Shown piece after piece: positions 21,901 through 31,286 of a stretch of 64,000 nt of DNA. The stretch comes from an uncultured virus (IMG/VR IMGVR_UViG_2788500088_000017) (lineage: Duplodnaviria; Heunggongvirae; Uroviricota; Caudoviricetes): IMG/VR virus record IMGVR_UViG_2788500088_000017; one strand, 5' to 3'. Under the pieces are notes generated by a model, which made no database searches, had not been told where the DNA came from, and saw only the letters and a program-made list of their open reading frames with translations. The first letter of the stretch is position 1. The number at the start of each line of letters is the position of its first letter. The translations under genes were made by a program, and so were the position numbers.

Positions 21901-24900
21901 AGTCATTTGAAAATGCAGGTCAAAAATTCACCATACGCGAGGGATTACAAATAGGAACTCGCGCAAGAGGGAGAATCAACTTTGGTGGCATTGTAGCCGC
22001 AGGCATTCCGGGTTTTGCTCCCGACGCTGGCATTTGGGGATTCGGTGAAAATGGTAAATCTCAAGGGCGTTTCTCATCTATCTACGGAGAAAATTTGGCA
22101 ACTGACGATTCACTCTACAACATCTACAACACCTACGCGCCTACTTCTCAAACCGATGACGACGCTGTCGGCACTCAATCGCTTTACGGAATGAAAATGG
22201 TTGACCATCGCGGCAGGTCTCACATTATTCGCTACATTTATCGTCGCGCTGGTGAGTCGTTTTCAAATCGCAACTCGGTGATGCCAAAAACCATTGATGA
22301 AGAAACGCTGATTCATTTTGATGACCGGGATATTGCACAAGGCGGTTTTACCATTGGCGCAAACATGTGGGGCAAAGGCACCCAAGGCACACCTTTCTAC
22401 TATACCGGCACAACTGAACACTCGTGGAAAGGAAACAAATGGCGCGGCGTTCATACACCCAATGCTGGATTTGCTGTAACCATTGACACTTCTACGGCAA
22501 ACAATACGCTAACGCTTAACGATGCAAGCGGCTACGGTTATCACAACGGCGGCATTTGGCATCATTTGCCCGATGTTGACGATGTGTTAGGTTGGATGGG
22601 TTTTCCCAATAGCGGATTGGTGTGGTTGGCTATCCCCTCATCTGCATCGCAATACGAAAATGTCGGTGTTGTTTTTTCTTACACTTCGCGCACACACAAT
22701 GGTCGGGGTGGTGAGCATTCTTTCTTTGGCGTTGAAGGCGTCAACGCAAGTTCAATGGCGAGCAGTTGGTTTAACAGTCAAGACAAGTGTGGACCGACCA
22801 GCGTATCCAATGCTCGCGCTCCTGTCATCATCAGTCCACACCTCAATCAAACTACGATTGTGACTGACGAGTTGATTGCCGAGGCTACTGCCCATGCGTT
22901 TACCGTAGACCCTAACGAAAATGACCAGTATTTTGATTGTTCACACTTGCGCGCACCGGACGGTCGCACCTATGGAGAAATTATGGGCAATTTCGCGGCG
23001 ACTGCCATTCGCATTACTACCTTCAATAGAGAAAAACAAGTTGTGCCTTTGCGTAATTTATTTTCTGTTTCGTTATCTCGCGATTGGGGCATTAGCGCAA
23101 GCACAAAAGAAGCAGACCCGATTGTAGCATCGTTTAGTGGTGGAGGTCAATTTGGTGGTATAAACTCTTCAAGTTCTTCACAAGCAATCAACGAAACAAT
23201 GCTTGATTGTGGCTATCTTCCTTACACCCTGCTAAACATTGTAACGCGATACCGAGGACACAATGCGAACACGGCAACGCCTCTTCTTATTGACCAAACC
23301 AATAACGCTGTAAGCACAGATGCATGGCTACGCAACTTGCGGGGAACAACATTTACGCGCTATGAAGGAGACCACATTACACCATCGCTTGAAGCCACGA
23401 CTTTTCGTTTTGGCACTATGAGTTCTCCGCTGACTTACCCATCAAGCAACGCCGATACCTATCAGTTAGAGTTGCGCGATTTGCATCATTTTGAAGTTGT
23501 CGGGCGTCAATACGCGTGGCAAAAACAACACATTAGCGGAGGCACCAACCACAATGAACACACATCCAGCACAGAATTTGGCGGTAGTGCGGTTGATGGG
23601 TCGTGGTCTCCTTTCAAACGAATGGACATCAATGAAAACACGCATGTTTTCTGCGTGGCTCTAAGTTCAATCGCGGCCCCAACAGATATATCGCAACAGC
23701 GCATCGCTTTTCATCATGGTGACACGCAGGGCGATATGACCAGCGCGTTTGCAATTGGTGTTGTTGCTCAACCCTACAAGTATGAAAACGACATTCAAGG
23801 ATTGCGATTACGCGCAAATCGCCGCGGCAACCCACTTCTTTATTTCCGAGGCGCACATGACGGCATTGACCATCATGTGCCGCTTTACTTTGGAGGAGGA
23901 TTTAGCGGTGTCGTGATGGACATTAACGATGGTTCGCGCGTAGATTACAGCACACACAACAAGCACCCCTACGCCAACGGACCGACAGGTAGCGCAGGCA
24001 TGCAAGACATTGGCGAGAAAATGGGAGCGTATGCATTGCTTGATACAACCGCGCTGTTTGCCATGTTCCCTGCCGCCGTAGTTGCAAATCAACACCGAGG
24101 AGAACCAACACCTCCATTTGCCAACCAAGACGCTATCCTCAACACCGACATTGACGGGAACACCAACTCACACACCATTCCAAACACCACCTACACCAAT
24201 GTCAAAATTGCAAAGCCCACTCCTGTTATTCTGCGATTTGCACACCCTTACGCGCGCTACGATGATTCCGTGAACAGCGTAGCCTACATGGTCTTTGGAC
24301 CGGGTCAAGCGGTTCCCAAGCATTGGTATGGAGAAGGCGTCGCGGTAGATGCTTCGGTTGAGCCATCGGCAAAGTGGACTGCCGCGTTCAAAAAATACTG
24401 TTCGCTTGATGGCGCAACCGGAACGACTTTCAAACAAGGCAACGAGTCGGGTTATTTCTTCCCGAATGAATTGAGTAATGGAACGCTTGATGGCGCAAGC
24501 AATCAATTTTTGCCACCGACAGATGCTTACGGTGCAAACAATGTGTTTCCCTACAAAGCCTTCCGGCATTGGGAACCATCCTACGGCTCACCAAACAGCA
24601 ATTTCAATCAAACAAGTTCGCTTCATGCGCGATATGTCAGCAGTCATTTTTGGAATGCATCATCGGTTGCCTCAAGTGCGGTTAACGAATACGCACATCC
24701 ATTTTCGTTTTACAGCGCGGCTGTAAGGTTTGGAAGCGCGCTGACAGAATTCCTTACGAACAAATTGATTTTCCACCTTGACGGTGGCTACACAGCCGGT
24801 GGGTCTTGGTTTGACAACAGCGTGCGCAAAAATGCACCGCATCCTGTCACAGCAACGCTGGTCAACTCGGTCAACGCGCCGGTGCAATACATTGACCGAC

Positions 24901-27900
24901 TTGGACTCAACGCAACGATGTTCCGCGTTGGCTCTCAAGTTTTGACCGACTATGACCACGACATAAACGCAACTGTTCCCGATGATGTGTTTTTAATTGA
25001 TGCGACGCGTTGTCAAAACAGCGAAGAGTTGGGGGCGGTAGTTGCCTCAGCAATTAACACATGGCCCGGTCGCGCTAACCTCAAGGCTCTCGGTGGCTCG
25101 TTCCTCCCATCATTCCAAGATGCGCAACGACAGGACCGCTACGGCTGGATTGATGTTGGCGACCTTGGCACTTACACCGACCAACCTCACGGACTTGTTT
25201 CAGTCGGAACAGCATTGCCAATGACGCTACCGGAAAACGGTTGGATACGCGTCACCAATGGCACAAAATCCTACTACGGATATTATGCTCACTACGATGT
25301 AGCGCAAGGAACATTCGTTCTTGGCAACAACTTCCGAGCAGGACGCACTCAATTGGAAGAGCCAACTCGCGGAGGAGACGGCGCGGTTAGCACTCTTGAA
25401 GGAGCGGGGCATAAAGTGTATGTTTGGTCAAAGGCTGGCAACCTGCGCTGGGACAACGGATTCCAAAACGCTGTTGATGGCACACGCGCAACAAGTTCAA
25501 CAACAGGTGGTCAAATGTCAAACGGTCCCTTTGACCACTACGCAACGACGCAGGTTCACTTTAACGGTGTGACAGACGCGATTGACCGAACGCGTGCGGT
25601 TGGTGCTGTGGGATGGCACGGTGAACGCTATTCCTACCTCAACAGCCTCAACATTAGCAATCAAGTCGCGGCTGGTCTTGGTGCGTGGCATCCAATGCTT
25701 GGTTTCAATCCTTATGGACCGGGCATGGCTTGCCACTATCCATCATCAATGGAATGGATATTGCGCCTCTCAACAGGAAGTGGAGCAGAAGAAAACTCGG
25801 AAATGATTTGGGAACCAAAAGACGCGACACACGAAGCCGTTGGTTTGCATCAGCGGCACTTTATCGTTATCTCATACGAAGGCGACTTGCCCATTATTGC
25901 TAAAGCATCGCGCAACGGTCAGCAAGCATGCGGCGACATGCTTCAACTCAAGTGGGGTGGAACGCAAGGTGGGACTGTTACAGCGTATCACAACGAGCGT
26001 TTCAACAACGACCGCTACAACGCAGAATCCAACGCTGGTCCCCATGTTGAAGCGTTGCACGACACCACCATGACAACACCCGTAGACAGCGATGGCAACC
26101 GTCTGTGGACAGGCGCGGCATCAACATCGCTTGCACAAATGGAGACTTGCCTCTATCCGACAGGCGACCTTTTCTTTGACAAATTGGAGAACGCTAACAA
26201 CCAATACTATCCAAACGATAACCTCTTTGACAGCGAAACCGCAAAGGTGCAAAACGATGGATACGGAGACTACGCGGCTCACCGAGATGACATTTTCAAC
26301 TATTGGAAAACGCGCAACTCAGCACGCAATTTTTTCGTTGAGCATGTCGTTTGGAAACGCATGAGTGGCGGCAACCTTACACTTCCTGCTCAAAACGCGC
26401 GCGGTCTTGGCTCCATGCCGTGGCAAGTTCACAAGGTCGGGTCGGAATACATCCGCTTTGGCGAGACCATCTACGGCAATGTTCGCTTTTCGTTTGAGAC
26501 AACAAACGCCGCTATGTTCCCAATCATCCAAGCGCAAGAGTTGGCTCACCCTGCACTTGCTGAACAATTCCCTTACGAAGTGCGCAACGCTTTGACCATA
26601 CCAAACGAAGAACATCAGTTCCAAGAAATGCTTGTCGTTGACGACACGGGTCAAGAACACACGCTGGAAGGTGGCTCGCCTCTTGGTGTGGTGATACGCG
26701 ACTACGAATTGGTGCATGACCGAGACAACGAAGGTCTTGCACCCGCGCTTGCAGGTTCCGGCGTTTCACCCAACATGCAGATTCAACTTCCCGACCACGA
26801 TGACATACCGGGCAACATCCTTGTTCGCGCAGGATTTGACCGCCTTCAAGCCTACCAGCACGAAACGCTGGGTAGCGGGGGACTGCAACACCCAACGCAA
26901 CCCGTGAGCGGCGTGACGAACGCGTTTGAGTCGGACGGTGGACGACCGCGGACTGAACCGTTTTGGGAGCAAGACGGTTACGAACACATCAACCAAAGCC
27001 CCAATCACTTCCCCGACAGCAACAACAGCCTGCAATCGCAGAACATCCTTGAGACGGCTTACGAACCTCATGACCGCGCGTTGTATTTCCACATCACCAA
27101 AATGGGCTACACCTACACCGAGCGCGAACCATTGAGCATCGTCAACAACGCTATGACGCTCAACCGCCTCACAATTGACACCACAGGAACCGACACCATC
27201 ACCGCAAAAGAAACCATCACGGCTGACATTTGGAAGCAAGACCCGACACCGGATGGACGCTACTTCCTGTCGGTCAATGGCGCAATCGCGTCGTTTACGA
27301 ATGTTAGCGGCAAACAATTTACAGGCGTCGTTTTTGCACCCGACTTCACCGCTTCCGAAAACGACAGCATCAAACCGTCATTCTATGTCCCTGCTGGCTC
27401 AACGCGCCACTTTGCCGCTCGTCGCTTGCGCGACCATGCCGAGGTCAGCGGCAACAGCCCCGACAAGGCGAACACCGATTGGGGCGTGTCCGCAGGCACC
27501 AGCCCTGCCACAGCAGTTCGCGCGGCCAACAAATTGACACCCATGCCCTTGCCTCGCATGGGCCACCACTATGTGATGCCGACCATGTCGGTCCTCCCCG
27601 GCCACCTTGCTCACCCTCAATACCAGCAAATCTACGGCGCAAGTCGCGCTTGTTTTGGTGCAACCGAATACGACACGAGCAAGACGATACACAACCCGTT
27701 GTTGTGGTTCTCCGGTCCAACGGCTTCACATCCACCAAGCGACATCCACGGCGACGGGTTCACGCTGTTGACTGAAACCAAGTTGCGCTTTGACGGCTAC
27801 GGCATCGCCGACGATAGCGCGGCATGCAACAAAGCAGGTGGTCATCGCATTCAACTTGAGAGCGGCACCAACTACAACACATCTTGGAACTTCCCCGACC

Positions 27901-30900
27901 CTGCCGAAGTAGGCGCGTATCAAATTGTCATCCAACCCAACCTGTTTAGCAAGCAGTTCATGGGCAACAACGAGAACACCGCATACGCAAACGACAACCC
28001 ACCCGAAGACCCTATTACTACGCACACAACCAAGCGCACGCTGACCGACCAGTTGGTGGCTACGGTGGTTGCACTTCAATGGAACAGCACACAATTTGAC
28101 CTCATCCTTTCCGAAGCAACAATGGCTGATACGCGCGGTTGTGAGATATTCATCAACGAGTTGATTCTTGACCACGACGCTTCAACGCGTGAACAATTTG
28201 CTAACACACCCACTCTCGGCCTTGCCAACCCGTTCGGTGTCAACGCTTCATCGTCCGGGGCATTTACGCGACGCAGTATGCCATATCATCCAAACATGTT
28301 CCATCGCGCTTCTCCGGGTCATACCGTAACTGTCCCGTGGTGGAGTGTTGCTCTTGCGTCTTCTACAATTTTTGCAACCAACAATTGGAAGCGCATTGAC
28401 CAATACCAGCCGGACGACTACTACATGTTCTGTCGCTCTACGCTTGGAGGCGTTGGTTGTCAAACAACGATGCTTGGGTATCCATCTCACTACCTTGATG
28501 TCTACACCGAATACCTCACCTCGGTTACGCCAACAGCCATCGTTGAGAATGGCAATCAAGGTGCGAGCAAATTGTTTGTCCGCAACAACACTTTGTTCCC
28601 TCTCGTCGGGAGCAACTACTACAACCATCACTTGGTCATTGTTGACGCGAACGGTATTGAGCAGACTGCTACCTACACGGACCGCGGCTACATCAGTCAA
28701 ACAGGCGCAACGGGACCCGTTGTGTTCAACGGCGTAACTGCTATTACGAATGCCTTTTGGACCGCGGTAGTAGAAGGCGCAGTCGTGCGTTTGTCATCAC
28801 CTTACAACACAAAGAACGAAATCTACACCAACTCCAAAGCAAGCGTGGCTACGCGCAACTTACCGCAGTTGCTTTCGGGGACACGCGATACAAACAGTCT
28901 GCACATCCCCGACGCGTATTTGTGCATGTGGCACTACAACCTCGGTCGCCCGATGACTTGGTTCTCGGACAGCCGAACAAACAAGGTTGATGCGGCAGTT
29001 GACAAGAAAGCCTACAACCACGCACCCGAACACTACGAAATGGTTCACTATCACGAGTTCGCTTACGCCATGAGCGACGGGCCGTTTAACTTCCGAATGA
29101 AAGCGTGGGAGGGACCGGGTGACGGATTGACCGACTCATACCCCGACAGCAACTACCCTCACCAAGCAGGGGCAGATGGCAAGTCGCGCAAGTATCAACT
29201 CGGTGCGTTTTGGCCGGGTGGTCATCGCTTTGGCGCGCAGATGAGTTCCCTATCGCTTTACGGCACTTGCGCACCCGGATGGAGAAACAAGTGGGATGAC
29301 CCCAACATCAAGCAAGTGAGCGACGCGAAAGGATTGACCGTAACAAATGCGAATGTTGAAACGATGACAGAAACCATCAACTCCGCGTCTACCAGTCGCA
29401 ACGCTGGATGGGGCTACCGAGTCAGCGTTCGCCAACCCTACAACCGACCACGCTGGGCCATCAAAAGCAACCAAGCATTGCGCGACCCTTACGCTTCATA
29501 TCACTTCCAAGCCGAGGGACCGTTTGTCAGCAACGAAGCGGTCACGACGACAACAACCACGCAGGACCAATCAACAACAACACCCCCAACCGCGACCGCT
29601 ACGCCGTCCTATGTTGGCATCCTTGAGCGACAGACCAACGCATCCGCGCTTGTCGGTAGCGACCTCAAGGGACAGCAGGTGAAATACAGCGACGGTCGTC
29701 GTATGACCAAGGGCTTCGGTTGCGCGGTGCGCAACATTCGCAACCCATCTACGGCTCTTCGTCGGTTCCACGCCGACATGCCTGCGGGACTCAAAGCAGG
29801 AACGGATGTTGTAGACCAGCGTGTCAACCTCGCGCTTGCTCATGCTCACTACATGGTGGATTGGTGGGGCAACACCACCGGAGAAGAAGTGCGTCGTTTC
29901 CCTGTGCGCGGCTTTGGCGTTCGTCCGTCGTGGGACCCGGAAGATGCATACCGAGCGACTGACCGAACCAAGGTAGCCGAGACGATGTTTACCGACACCG
30001 CTTTGCGCACCGCTGTTGCGGCTGAACAATTCTTTGACCCTGCCACCGCAAAGCGCGTAGGCGACCGTGGCGACGGACGCGGTGTTCGTTATCCCACTTA
30101 CTTCAACGAGGACATTTTGCAGGATGTGTCGGAAGACATGCGCCCGTTCGGTTTGGTCTTGTCACACCACACGAGCGAGCCTGCGTTTACGCGCGGATTT
30201 ATTCGCCCGTCCAACACCACGCTTGAACCGCACGAAATGCCAAGAGGCATCAGCAGTCGGCTTGAAGTTGCAGGTAGCGATGGTCTGTTGAAGCGCGAAG
30301 CAAATGTCAGCGCAAACATTGAGAAGTCCAACTTTACTTTTGCTCAAGAGCCGCTGGGCAAAGCAAAGCCACGCATTGGTTTAGATGGCATGAGTGTTGT
30401 AGAAAACGATGGACGCGTAGGGCCTGCGTATGTCATCGCCAACACGGAAGCGCACAGCCTGCACACCGACCGTCAAGTCGGTCAACGCTTCATCCTTGCA
30501 GGCGGCGTCAGCACAGCAAACCGCGCAGTTGACAATCTCAACCTACACACCCTCAACTTCTCATCAGCCAAACAGGTGTTGAAGTTCGGAACAACGCACG
30601 GCATACCACCGCTCGGAGGCACTTACATTTTGGAAGTATCGTCGGACGGCGAGGCCATCAGCGACCACTTGTGGGGTTCGTCGTCGGGCGCAACGACCAA
30701 CCCGTATCAAACATCAAATCACAACTCGCTGTCAGCGCAAACCAACACCAAAGACACCACCATCAAATTTTTGCTGCGACCGGTGCGCGTGCTTGACAAG
30801 CAACATATTGAGTTGTTCCGCGATGACACCACGCATGTTTTGTCAGCCACCGCCGCAGGTCGCTACGGTGTGTTTGTTTATGATGCGCCAAACGCACGCG

Positions 30901-31286
30901 CCACCGACTCCGCTTCAACTTACATGCGGGGTAGCAATCCATCACCAAGCAACCCTCCTTACGCGCCTGTCTACCTCTTCAACCTCTCATCGTCAACCAG
31001 CGAACCTGCAAGCGACGGCCCGAAAATACCCGGCTCCGAGGCCAGCGATTTTACTACCGATTCAACACAACCGGTAGCGCGGATGATAGTGAGCAACAAC
31101 ACGCTTCAACACTTCCGAGGCGACGCAAGCCGGAGGCAAAGTGCGCAGAACGGACAGGACAAATTTATTCGCTTGGACTATTCGGTGCAACCGCGCTACA
31201 CTCAATCGCTTTACGCTGGCGATAAATTAAACACCAGCAACCACAGTAGCGAAGGTGACAGGACTGACATGGAGGCGTCGTTGTGA
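15918..31286 (+). CDS. Giant (about 5120 aa) tail/adhesin protein with N-terminal LamG/concanavalin-A-like domain
   Basis: ALFFNGVSD, FCIEAWV, YHISGEF..VKLYINGEL, LYLGG, YRGYIESV, GLWRFEE LamG signature; uninterrupted 15.4-kb ORF in tail module. Confidence 0.7.
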   Translation: MAVIGQTSHALFFNGVSDSVVCPQGGFTQTGQKRMLNDSEARSSASVLQDGDSHRLAKSKNQSLNQFCIEAWVSPDAGGIIASKDGLFELRMGSVNQPAPASFTVTMSNGVSMVARSVNNYPTAAGSFVANNVGFNIGQRELYHISGEFTGLQVKLYINGELIASRTMNQRNACTMNDQDLYLGGKGGEYRGYIESVHWRTDIDNNRAKPFVVTNSTLGLWRFEEPVSVDATTFNITSNVAAGDTTITIGATACQTLYETVSGKSDTLSTNYTLESLGNYRVANAAHSGGAQVISVAHTPFNLLINPTATDTMSAIANNSPPERIRLKQINTNGTITVESIHLDFNATADTGSRGVLHSRTAFNSTNNLANDSTMVLIRSDLLIDSETGKPHQRLGTGSQAIDRTGAMVIDESRHEFHGFMYSRTLAVNTNNFAPASWTIDERFKSGHTGRHCFNHLVGHPYLRMLPPIHEQEVSRTIDGVADSAFVMFAASYVGLKDQLPINSKVAVTHTAFNGRIMRVDTSAKTNGLARNGLASLDAHEDGVIAISVDDIRPFLLKGGGLGTVSTSDSAYLKHLTPETESRVALLEVSGLTAGYVEIHYNAVDLTGGKMGLSNPALLITKTVPDGGCLLDGKRVAAHIADAVGAGATIHAPGGVIYAFSEDIGNARVAMQPHHLVGDNTGGIEYEEQLDESKIPSNYTPSASGDSPRAPPQGVGTTTHPSSYHHIHLQPRKRSQSDPPANESPSHYQESKHFASQKGGAFEMFDVIDNDKDGAEYFFVVQPSKRERTMQLSRVTPATSDAEDPTYFTLEYIQTKVRINSMNVNDGAMGRQLIMQGRGIMADVADQTVPYNGDGSPDSHIVKEIQPGAPVVSVTLGGAGQGAVNTKPTWDPASLSRVGWNTRHDASVEITDINTTTRVITVQPINNNSSSLSSWGTYGFPASGTLYFTNGASVGYVSRTGTAFTCTTATNQLLSPNGRTSQTFAEWVTASQVGVGAVVLLDDKFNASSICADGTTVNDRLFQSIGSVQHDYQLGTQYASTRALVEIPLFPQQFFEDREAGVFPGPDNSMKLHLDATMTAHAWNPSPVGRRAPNSPANDYEAFGQYQYRFSNNLPIRANVQRYDRQGSNAHLYLNNLSSAHRIPSSHPIAAGIVKGVSTQQYRRVVLGNGEWAYYTDAGGTRLDLSTEEGHSSKDFFSTVTVGSSVFVGVLNDGTNFPMTGDDDYKSSAQEYRRPFYYDRASVMTQGGNLDYGLRQYASAVEFKAGPLVNPHLPRIESRNAKLFTIKHLSASPAQTFIVKGNLPTGKLPTGYSFAVINESTGRYYKTTISSSSFATLLSAFEENLHTVRIEPHPVLDSSAPALSIADTEILTIVGIYADAATTLPLKQEDGIANSTWNNPYCPGGLRYGDTVWMNMHYTNPHAIEGMFCKSRGVLNEYEVWSGFNGGKGALGVEARDSLPVENFLIGNTCLETARNFVQHVNKTIELNWTELGYQTDPDQADYNAPPVVAFLDPYLSTETHARVLLYDVAHDREFIAFHDLHMQVQTSAATPTIEGLDVAAGFKTQRKDKATTSSTDAQSINSVTYNLIKEEGKSRFVEGAYAHGSWWLMDQSFMTTSGIASFDFNRKARKTEHLIKFGEETSQFGQGRVEQSTVSLSAAQLRHAETMDLTASSAVIAGSRGAYQFSATFFDTPDGTRVISAFLCMKGKRAVANSLTSHYESRLQHLPHWSDMDFVRRLTVDMGEIGLREGVTDIEAAAREVVRIINQGGALNGRSSQRRPSDQYAGEGERFDINRRSISVGGVDTEEPTDATAAHQHADFAVTGSTHDPAPFWTDNAFTSFDRGTHMGYVRAHLGRVVEDANGNEGFSIVIHSTVPGATGRNFCVWLDNSKGQVEYKPQFLIGHGGRFRNFYCAPPEIAGENMHPAPMPIDKNGKPFAPITTLREYVSLEDASDEFFTNLYLGDADNFNTSVGTEQTPNTGATTGRSSNTGAMESFENAGQKFTIREGLQIGTRARGRINFGGIVAAGIPGFAPDAGIWGFGENGKSQGRFSSIYGENLATDDSLYNIYNTYAPTSQTDDDAVGTQSLYGMKMVDHRGRSHIIRYIYRRAGESFSNRNSVMPKTIDEETLIHFDDRDIAQGGFTIGANMWGKGTQGTPFYYTGTTEHSWKGNKWRGVHTPNAGFAVTIDTSTANNTLTLNDASGYGYHNGGIWHHLPDVDDVLGWMGFPNSGLVWLAIPSSASQYENVGVVFSYTSRTHNGRGGEHSFFGVEGVNASSMASSWFNSQDKCGPTSVSNARAPVIISPHLNQTTIVTDELIAEATAHAFTVDPNENDQYFDCSHLRAPDGRTYGEIMGNFAATAIRITTFNREKQVVPLRNLFSVSLSRDWGISASTKEADPIVASFSGGGQFGGINSSSSSQAINETMLDCGYLPYTLLNIVTRYRGHNANTATPLLIDQTNNAVSTDAWLRNLRGTTFTRYEGDHITPSLEATTFRFGTMSSPLTYPSSNADTYQLELRDLHHFEVVGRQYAWQKQHISGGTNHNEHTSSTEFGGSAVDGSWSPFKRMDINENTHVFCVALSSIAAPTDISQQRIAFHHGDTQGDMTSAFAIGVVAQPYKYENDIQGLRLRANRRGNPLLYFRGAHDGIDHHVPLYFGGGFSGVVMDINDGSRVDYSTHNKHPYANGPTGSAGMQDIGEKMGAYALLDTTALFAMFPAAVVANQHRGEPTPPFANQDAILNTDIDGNTNSHTIPNTTYTNVKIAKPTPVILRFAHPYARYDDSVNSVAYMVFGPGQAVPKHWYGEGVAVDASVEPSAKWTAAFKKYCSLDGATGTTFKQGNESGYFFPNELSNGTLDGASNQFLPPTDAYGANNVFPYKAFRHWEPSYGSPNSNFNQTSSLHARYVSSHFWNASSVASSAVNEYAHPFSFYSAAVRFGSALTEFLTNKLIFHLDGGYTAGGSWFDNSVRKNAPHPVTATLVNSVNAPVQYIDRLGLNATMFRVGSQVLTDYDHDINATVPDDVFLIDATRCQNSEELGAVVASAINTWPGRANLKALGGSFLPSFQDAQRQDRYGWIDVGDLGTYTDQPHGLVSVGTALPMTLPENGWIRVTNGTKSYYGYYAHYDVAQGTFVLGNNFRAGRTQLEEPTRGGDGAVSTLEGAGHKVYVWSKAGNLRWDNGFQNAVDGTRATSSTTGGQMSNGPFDHYATTQVHFNGVTDAIDRTRAVGAVGWHGERYSYLNSLNISNQVAAGLGAWHPMLGFNPYGPGMACHYPSSMEWILRLSTGSGAEENSEMIWEPKDATHEAVGLHQRHFIVISYEGDLPIIAKASRNGQQACGDMLQLKWGGTQGGTVTAYHNERFNNDRYNAESNAGPHVEALHDTTMTTPVDSDGNRLWTGAASTSLAQMETCLYPTGDLFFDKLENANNQYYPNDNLFDSETAKVQNDGYGDYAAHRDDIFNYWKTRNSARNFFVEHVVWKRMSGGNLTLPAQNARGLGSMPWQVHKVGSEYIRFGETIYGNVRFSFETTNAAMFPIIQAQELAHPALAEQFPYEVRNALTIPNEEHQFQEMLVVDDTGQEHTLEGGSPLGVVIRDYELVHDRDNEGLAPALAGSGVSPNMQIQLPDHDDIPGNILVRAGFDRLQAYQHETLGSGGLQHPTQPVSGVTNAFESDGGRPRTEPFWEQDGYEHINQSPNHFPDSNNSLQSQNILETAYEPHDRALYFHITKMGYTYTEREPLSIVNNAMTLNRLTIDTTGTDTITAKETITADIWKQDPTPDGRYFLSVNGAIASFTNVSGKQFTGVVFAPDFTASENDSIKPSFYVPAGSTRHFAARRLRDHAEVSGNSPDKANTDWGVSAGTSPATAVRAANKLTPMPLPRMGHHYVMPTMSVLPGHLAHPQYQQIYGASRACFGATEYDTSKTIHNPLLWFSGPTASHPPSDIHGDGFTLLTETKLRFDGYGIADDSAACNKAGGHRIQLESGTNYNTSWNFPDPAEVGAYQIVIQPNLFSKQFMGNNENTAYANDNPPEDPITTHTTKRTLTDQLVATVVALQWNSTQFDLILSEATMADTRGCEIFINELILDHDASTREQFANTPTLGLANPFGVNASSSGAFTRRSMPYHPNMFHRASPGHTVTVPWWSVALASSTIFATNNWKRIDQYQPDDYYMFCRSTLGGVGCQTTMLGYPSHYLDVYTEYLTSVTPTAIVENGNQGASKLFVRNNTLFPLVGSNYYNHHLVIVDANGIEQTATYTDRGYISQTGATGPVVFNGVTAITNAFWTAVVEGAVVRLSSPYNTKNEIYTNSKASVATRNLPQLLSGTRDTNSLHIPDAYLCMWHYNLGRPMTWFSDSRTNKVDAAVDKKAYNHAPEHYEMVHYHEFAYAMSDGPFNFRMKAWEGPGDGLTDSYPDSNYPHQAGADGKSRKYQLGAFWPGGHRFGAQMSSLSLYGTCAPGWRNKWDDPNIKQVSDAKGLTVTNANVETMTETINSASTSRNAGWGYRVSVRQPYNRPRWAIKSNQALRDPYASYHFQAEGPFVSNEAVTTTTTTQDQSTTTPPTATATPSYVGILERQTNASALVGSDLKGQQVKYSDGRRMTKGFGCAVRNIRNPSTALRRFHADMPAGLKAGTDVVDQRVNLALAHAHYMVDWWGNTTGEEVRRFPVRGFGVRPSWDPEDAYRATDRTKVAETMFTDTALRTAVAAEQFFDPATAKRVGDRGDGRGVRYPTYFNEDILQDVSEDMRPFGLVLSHHTSEPAFTRGFIRPSNTTLEPHEMPRGISSRLEVAGSDGLLKREANVSANIEKSNFTFAQEPLGKAKPRIGLDGMSVVENDGRVGPAYVIANTEAHSLHTDRQVGQRFILAGGVSTANRAVDNLNLHTLNFSSAKQVLKFGTTHGIPPLGGTYILEVSSDGEAISDHLWGSSSGATTNPYQTSNHNSLSAQTNTKDTTIKFLLRPVRVLDKQHIELFRDDTTHVLSATAAGRYGVFVYDAPNARATDSASTYMRGSNPSPSNPPYAPVYLFNLSSSTSEPASDGPKIPGSEASDFTTDSTQPVARMIVSNNTLQHFRGDASRRQSAQNGQDKFIRLDYSVQPRYTQSLYAGDKLNTSNHSSEGDRTDMEASL

